DNA of 64,000 nt from positions 1,888,001-1,952,000 of the forward strand of contig CAXXSR010000001.1 in the NCBI GenBank assembly GCA_963662615.2. The letters are read 5' to 3'. The notes below the pieces were generated by a model. The model searched no databases and was not told the DNA's origin. It worked only from the letters and a program-made list of their open reading frames with translations. Shown here in pieces: positions 59,062 through 64,000 of the stretch. Each line of letters begins with the position of its first letter. Positions within the stretch are counted from its first letter, which is position 1. The translations under genes were made by a program, and so were the position numbers. This stretch comes from Dehalococcoidia bacterium. GTDB taxonomy: Bacteria > Chloroflexota > Dehalococcoidia > Bin125.

Positions 59062-60216
59062 ATGGATCTGCAAAGCTTTGATATCGATCCTGAGCGCGGA
59101 TTCCTGCCGCTCAGGGATCCGCTGCCCGCCCTGCCCTCGAACTACAGCGCCTGGGAGGAGATCGCGGCCGACCTGCCGAAGCTGCTGAGCGCCGGCGCCA
59201 TTCGCCGCGCGATTCAGCGCCTGCCGGCCCTCGACGCCGATGGTCTGGACGGTGACGTGCAGCGGCGACGGGCCATGCTCCTGCTCTCGTACCTGGGCCA
59301 CGCCTTCGTCTGGGGAGAGAGCCCGCCGTCGGATTCCCTCCCCGCCAGCGTCGCCATCCCGTGGCACGCGGTCGCCACCGCGCTGGGCCGCGCTCCTGTT
59401 CTTTCCTACGCCTCTTACGCGCTGGACAACTGGCGCCGGCTGGAACCGGCCGGTCCGATCGCCCTGGGGAACGTGGTGCTGCTCCAAAACTTCCTGGGCG
59501 GCATGGACGAAGAGTGGTTCATCCTGGTGCACGTTGAGATCGAATCGAAAGCCGCCGTCGCCATCAGCGCCATCTTTCAGGCAGCCACGTCAACGCCCGC
59601 TGACGACCTCTCGCAACTGGAAGATCATCTGTCGCGAGTAACGGCGGCCCTCGATCGGTTGAACGCCACGCTGGACCGCGTGCCGGAGCGTTGTGACCCC
59701 TACATCTACTACCGCCGCGTGAGGCCGTACATCCACGGCTGGAAGGACCATCCGGCCCTACCCAACGGCCTGACATACGAAGGGGTAGAGAAGTATCGCG
59801 GCGAGCCCCAGCGCTTTCGCGGTGAGACCGGTGCCCAAAGCTCCATCGTTCCGTTGCTCGACGCGGGGTTGGGGATTACGCATCAGGACGATGCGCTGGC
59901 GACGTACCTCCAGGAGATGCGACAGTACATGCCGCCGCGACACCGCGAGCTGATCGCGCACGTGGAGCGTCGGTCCGCCGTGCGAGAAGCCGTGCGAGAC
60001 TCCGGCAGCGCCGCCCTGCGGGAGGCCTACAACGCCTGCGTGCAGGCGCTGGCCGACTTTCGAAGCCGGCACCTGGAATACGCCAATCGCTACATCCATG
60101 AACAGAGCGAAGAAGAGCCGGCCAACCCCAGCACGGTCGGAACGGGCGGCACGCCCTTCATGCCGTACCTGAAGAAGCATCGCGACGAGACGTTGGCGCA
60201 CCTGATCCCGGAATAG
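59062..60216 (+). CDS. Indoleamine 2,3-dioxygenase family heme enzyme
   Basis: RGFLP, PVLSYASY..NW, DEEWFILVH, RPYIHGW, GETGAQSS, MRQYMP..HR, FRSRH, GTGGT. Confidence 0.92.
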   Translation: MDLQSFDIDPERGFLPLRDPLPALPSNYSAWEEIAADLPKLLSAGAIRRAIQRLPALDADGLDGDVQRRRAMLLLSYLGHAFVWGESPPSDSLPASVAIPWHAVATALGRAPVLSYASYALDNWRRLEPAGPIALGNVVLLQNFLGGMDEEWFILVHVEIESKAAVAISAIFQAATSTPADDLSQLEDHLSRVTAALDRLNATLDRVPERCDPYIYYRRVRPYIHGWKDHPALPNGLTYEGVEKYRGEPQRFRGETGAQSSIVPLLDAGLGITHQDDALATYLQEMRQYMPPRHRELIAHVERRSAVREAVRDSGSAALREAYNACVQALADFRSRHLEYANRYIHEQSEEEPANPSTVGTGGTPFMPYLKKHRDETLAHLIPE

Positions 60217-60297
60217 CCTGCCGCCGGCCTGAGGCGCTGGCGCATCCGCGCCGGCTCGGCCCGTCCTCCTCCCGCCCCCTCGCTCGCGACACTACGC

Positions 60298-60326
60298 TTG
60301 ATATGGAACGTATGTTCTATTATGAT
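60298..60326 (+). promoter_or_regulatory. Sigma-70 promoter with a LexA (SOS) box in the spacer
   Basis: TTGATA-N17-TATGAT with GAACgtatGTTC at 60306-60317. Confidence 0.88.
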
Positions 60327-60355
60327 TCCCTCCGCCTGCCCGGGAGATTGCGACG

Positions 60356-61540
60356 ATGCAAATTGCTTGTCTCCTTGTGCCTGACTTCGGTCTGGCCTGT
60401 GAGCTGACGCGGCAGCCAACCCTGGCGGCCCAACCCGTGGCGCTCGCGGACGAAAGCGGCCGCCGGGTGGCTGAGGCCACGGCCGCCGCCCAGATGCGGG
60501 GGGTCCATCCCGGCATCAGCCTCCGCGAGGCGGTGGGCTACTGCCCCTTGCTGGCCGTCCTGGAGCCCCGCCCGGCCCGGCAGGCGCAGGCGCGGCAGTC
60601 GCTCGCGGCTGCGCTGGCCGCCATCAGTCCCCTTGTGGAAGAAACGGCGCCGGGCCTCCTCTACGCCGATTTGGGGGGGCTGCAGCGGCTCTATCCCGCC
60701 GTGGCCGATCTGGACCGCGCCATCCGCGCCCACACGCCCGCAGAGCTGCACCCGCGCTTGGGCATCGCCGCGCGAAAGTTCACGGCCTCCGTGGCCGCAC
60801 AGGCCGCCGGTGCTGACGGGACGCAGGCCGTGGCCGCCCAGGACTCCGCCACATTCCTGGCGCCACAGCCGATTGACTGGTTGCCGCTTGAGGAGGAGAT
60901 GCGATCCCGTCTGCGGCTCCTTGGTCTAGAGACCTTGGGCGCCTTGGCCGCGCTACCACGGCACGCCGTGGAAGCCCAGTTCGGCCTGATTGGAGGCTGG
61001 GCGTGGCAGGCCGCAAACGGGCTCGACCCCTCTCCAATCATTCCGCGCCGGGCCGAGGAGGGAATCAGCGAGGCTCTGGAAGCGCAGCCGCCGCTGGTGA
61101 GCAGAGAGGCCGTGGAGCACGGCGCAAAGCAGTTGCTTGCCCGCGCTCTCCGCCATCCGGCGGCTCAGGGCCGGTTCGTCCGCGCCCTCCAGCTCCACGC
61201 CATCACCGAAAACGAGCGGGTGTGGACGCACCGACACGTGCTGAAGGAGCCCTCAAGCGACCGCAGCCGCTTGTGGACCGTGATCCGTGCGGTCCTGGAG
61301 ACCGCCTCGTACCCAGGCCCCATTGCCACGCTGTCACTTGAACTTCTTGGGCTCACCGTTGAGAGCGGGATCCAGGCCAGCCTGTTCCCCGGCCAAATCC
61401 GGCATCGGGAGCGGCTGGGCGTCATGGTCCGGCAGCTGAAAGCCCGCTACAGGGAGAGCCCTGTGAAGCAACTGGTGGAGGTGGCGCCGTGCAGCCGAAT
61501 TCCCGAACGCCGTTACGCCCTCATGGACTACGACCCGTAG
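60356..61540 (+). CDS. imuB: Inactive Y-family polymerase-like protein ImuB
   Basis: GVHPGISLREA, SPLVE, RLGIA..KFTA, LGLETLGALA, Q.SLF clamp-like motif; lacks the DinB catalytic motifs; precedes dnaE2. Confidence 0.8.
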   Translation: MQIACLLVPDFGLACELTRQPTLAAQPVALADESGRRVAEATAAAQMRGVHPGISLREAVGYCPLLAVLEPRPARQAQARQSLAAALAAISPLVEETAPGLLYADLGGLQRLYPAVADLDRAIRAHTPAELHPRLGIAARKFTASVAAQAAGADGTQAVAAQDSATFLAPQPIDWLPLEEEMRSRLRLLGLETLGALAALPRHAVEAQFGLIGGWAWQAANGLDPSPIIPRRAEEGISEALEAQPPLVSREAVEHGAKQLLARALRHPAAQGRFVRALQLHAITENERVWTHRHVLKEPSSDRSRLWTVIRAVLETASYPGPIATLSLELLGLTVESGIQASLFPGQIRHRERLGVMVRQLKARYRESPVKQLVEVAPCSRIPERRYALMDYDP

Positions 61541-61791
61541 GCCTGCCCACACCGATCAACGTCCGCGCCGATCCGTCCGGCGCGCCGCGCTCCATCGCCC
61601 GGCGGAGCGGTCGTGGGTGGGGCCTTGCTCACGCCGTCGATCGCGTGGACGAACGGTGGCGCATTGTGGACGAGTGGTGGCGGGAGACAGGCATCGCCCG
61701 GAGCTACTACCGCGTCGTGCTGGAGGACGGCCGCATGCTCACCCTTTTCCATGATGACGCCCACGACGGCTGGTTCCTCCAGCGTTACTAA
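61489..61791 (+). CDS. Small mutasome-associated protein (DUF6504-like)
   Basis: RWRIVDEWW..RSYYRVVLEDGRMLTLFHD..WFLQR. Start uncertain. Confidence 0.7.
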   Translation: MQPNSRTPLRPHGLRPVGLPTPINVRADPSGAPRSIARRSGRGWGLAHAVDRVDERWRIVDEWWRETGIARSYYRVVLEDGRMLTLFHDDAHDGWFLQRY

Positions 61792-61818
61792 GGCGGAGCA
61801 GGGAAGGGGAGAGATCTG

Positions 61819-64000
61819 GTGGCGCGGGAAGGCCGAACGCGGCAACTGGCCCAAGTGGAGCGAGACACCCCCCGATCGCGACCGGTGCGACCGGCGCCGC
61901 CGCCGGGGCTGGACGACACCCCCTACGTGGAGCTTCATCTGCACTCCTGCTTCTCGCTGCTGGACGGCGCCTCCCACATTGACGACCTCGTGGCCGCCGC
62001 CCGGCGCTTTGGGTACCGCGCCCTGGCGCTGACGGACCACAACGGCCTTTACGGTGCCATGGAGTTTGCCCAAGCGCTCCGGGAAGCGGGCATCCGTCCC
62101 ATTACCGGCGTGGAACTGACGGTGGCGGATGCGGACGACCCCGCCGCCGCCCGTTCCCACCTGACGCTGCTGGCCGAGAGTCGCGCCGGCTATCGCAACC
62201 TCTGCCGCCTGGTGAGCATTGCCTACGGCTTGCGCTTGGAAGACGCGCGGGCGAAGGAGCGTCGCCGCCGCGATCCCTGGGTGGCGATGGCGGAGATACC
62301 GCAGCATAGCGCCGGGCTGATCGCGCTGACGGGGTGCCGCCAGGGCCGCGTCCCCTCGCTCCTCCACAGCGGCGACAGCGCCGAAGCCGCCGCTGCGCTG
62401 CGACAGCTCATTGCCTGGTTCGGCCGCCGCAACGTCTTCGTTGAACTGCAGGACAACCTGGTCTACGGCGACGCCCCTCGCAACCGGGCGCTCGTGGCGC
62501 TGGGGGAGCGCTTGGGGATCGGCGTGGTGGGAACGGGGAACGTGCACTACCACGAACGGGCACGGCACCGTCTCCAGGACGTGCTCGTCGCCATCCGACA
62601 TCGCAAGACGCTGGATGAATCGCACCAAGAGCGCCGCCCCAACGACGAGTTCTTCTTGCGCTCACCGGAAGAGCAGGCTCAGCGCTTCAGCGCGTATCAC
62701 CCGGAGGCGGCGCGGAACGCCGTGCGCATCGCCCAGCGATGCGCCTTCGACATCACCGAGGACCTGGGCTACCGCCTCCCCTCGCCACTGCTGCCCAACG
62801 GCCAGTCGCCGCTGGACCGTCTCCAGCAGATCTGCACGGCGGCGTTGCGGGAGCGCTACACCACGCCGCCTGAGCGAGAGCGCGCCGCGGCGCGGCTACA
62901 AGAGGAGCTGCAATTGATCGCCCAGCACGACCTGGGCGGGTTTTTCCTCATCTATCACGAGGTGTTCGAACTGGCCAAGCAGGTTGCAGAAGAGGTGCGA
63001 GGCGAGAGCCGGGCCCGCCGCGCCGCCAACCTCCCCGTGGGCCGGGGCCGCGGCTCCTCGGTGGCGTCGATCGTCTGCTACTTGATCGGGCTCTCACACA
63101 TCGACCCTGTCCGCAACAACCTTTTCCTGGGCCGGTTCCTCAACCAAGAGCTGCACTCCCTCCCCGACATTGACCTGGATTTCCCCCGCGACATCCGCGA
63201 ACGGCTGATCGAGCGTGTCTACGAGCGCTGGGGGCGAGAGCACGCCACGCTGGTCGCTTCCTTCCCGACCTATCGAATGCGGAGCGCGATCCGTGATGTG
63301 GGCAAGGCGCTCGGTTTGCCCCTCGTGGAGCTGGGCCGGTTGGGTCGGCTCACCGGGCCCTATCAGTCCGTGCAGGATCTCCGCCAGGAACTGCGCCGCT
63401 GTCCGGAGTTCGCCCATCGGGAGGAGGCGCCCGTCTGGCGCGACCTCATTGCGATCGCGCCGCAGCTGGAGGGGTTCCCCCGTCACCTCTCGGAGCACGT
63501 GGGGGGCATGGTGATCGCCTCGGAACCACTCATTGACTGCGTGCCCTGCCAGCCGGCCGCGTGGCCGGGCCGCTACGTCTGTCAGTGGGACAAAGACAGC
63601 GTGGACGACGCGCGCATGGTGAAGATCGACTTCCTCGCGCTGGGCATGCTCTCCGCGGTGGAAGAGACGATCGCCCTGATCGCGGAGAGCCACGGACACG
63701 TTGAGGATCTCTCCCGCATCGATTTCGACGACCCGGCCGTCTACGACGACATCCGCAACGGGGATACTGTGGGCGTCTTCCAGATCGAATCCCGGGCGCA
63801 GATCGCCATGTTGCCGCGAACGCAGCCACGAAATCTTGACGATCTCGCGGTGCAGGTGGCCATTGTCCGGCCCGGCCCCATTGTTGGCGGCGCCGTGAAC
63901 CCCTACGTCCGGCAGCGTGAGCGCCAGCGCGCTGATCCCAGCCACGTTCCCGTGATGCCGCACGAGTGTCTCCGCCCTGTCTTGAAGGAGACGCTGGGAG
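61819..64000 (+). CDS. dnaE2: Error-prone DNA polymerase III alpha (DnaE2/ImuC), 5' part
   Basis: Manual translation: YVELHLHSCFSLLDGAS, ALTDH, GRGRGSS, PDIDLDF, QWDKDSVDD..KIDFLALGML, GVFQIESRAQ, VRPGP; runs off the window. Confidence 0.93.
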   Translation, partial: MAREGRTRQLAQVERDTPRSRPVRPAPPPGLDDTPYVELHLHSCFSLLDGASHIDDLVAAARRFGYRALALTDHNGLYGAMEFAQALREAGIRPITGVELTVADADDPAAARSHLTLLAESRAGYRNLCRLVSIAYGLRLEDARAKERRRRDPWVAMAEIPQHSAGLIALTGCRQGRVPSLLHSGDSAEAAAALRQLIAWFGRRNVFVELQDNLVYGDAPRNRALVALGERLGIGVVGTGNVHYHERARHRLQDVLVAIRHRKTLDESHQERRPNDEFFLRSPEEQAQRFSAYHPEAARNAVRIAQRCAFDITEDLGYRLPSPLLPNGQSPLDRLQQICTAALRERYTTPPERERAAARLQEELQLIAQHDLGGFFLIYHEVFELAKQVAEEVRGESRARRAANLPVGRGRGSSVASIVCYLIGLSHIDPVRNNLFLGRFLNQELHSLPDIDLDFPRDIRERLIERVYERWGREHATLVASFPTYRMRSAIRDVGKALGLPLVELGRLGRLTGPYQSVQDLRQELRRCPEFAHREEAPVWRDLIAIAPQLEGFPRHLSEHVGGMVIASEPLIDCVPCQPAAWPGRYVCQWDKDSVDDARMVKIDFLALGMLSAVEETIALIAESHGHVEDLSRIDFDDPAVYDDIRNGDTVGVFQIESRAQIAMLPRTQPRNLDDLAVQVAIVRPGPIVGGAVNPYVRQRERQRADPSHVPVMPHECLRPVLKETLG

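Overview
High-GC bacterial DNA, most consistent with Chloroflexota/Dehalococcoidia (inferred from a GAAC-N4-GTTC LexA box, GWNLVxW surface domains and gene content). Bases 1-17.4 kb carry a desaturase, an RRM protein, fdhA, an NHL protein, an HpcH aldolase, a cyclase, an ECF sigma/surface-protein/anti-sigma-like trio, folE, a TadG-like gene and a lone sigma region-4 gene. These are separated by about 9 composite repeat islands, all in one orientation, built from 23-36 bp hairpin units that appear to insert into each other without target duplication. From 17.5 kb on I saw no such repeats. That part holds an HTH-TM-class F sortase fusion, a damaged pentose-phosphate operon, a SigK/RskA-DUF4331-TPR-Ni/Co transporter cluster, a decayed exosortase-G-like cassette with a BcsA-like GT2, a signalling cluster, catabolic genes mixed with short gene remnants, a J-domain-flavin reductase fusion beside an indoleamine 2,3-dioxygenase, and a LexA-boxed imuB-small ORF-dnaE2 cassette. 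All calls come from reading motifs by eye; no searches were run, start codons are estimates, and frame breaks could be assembly errors.
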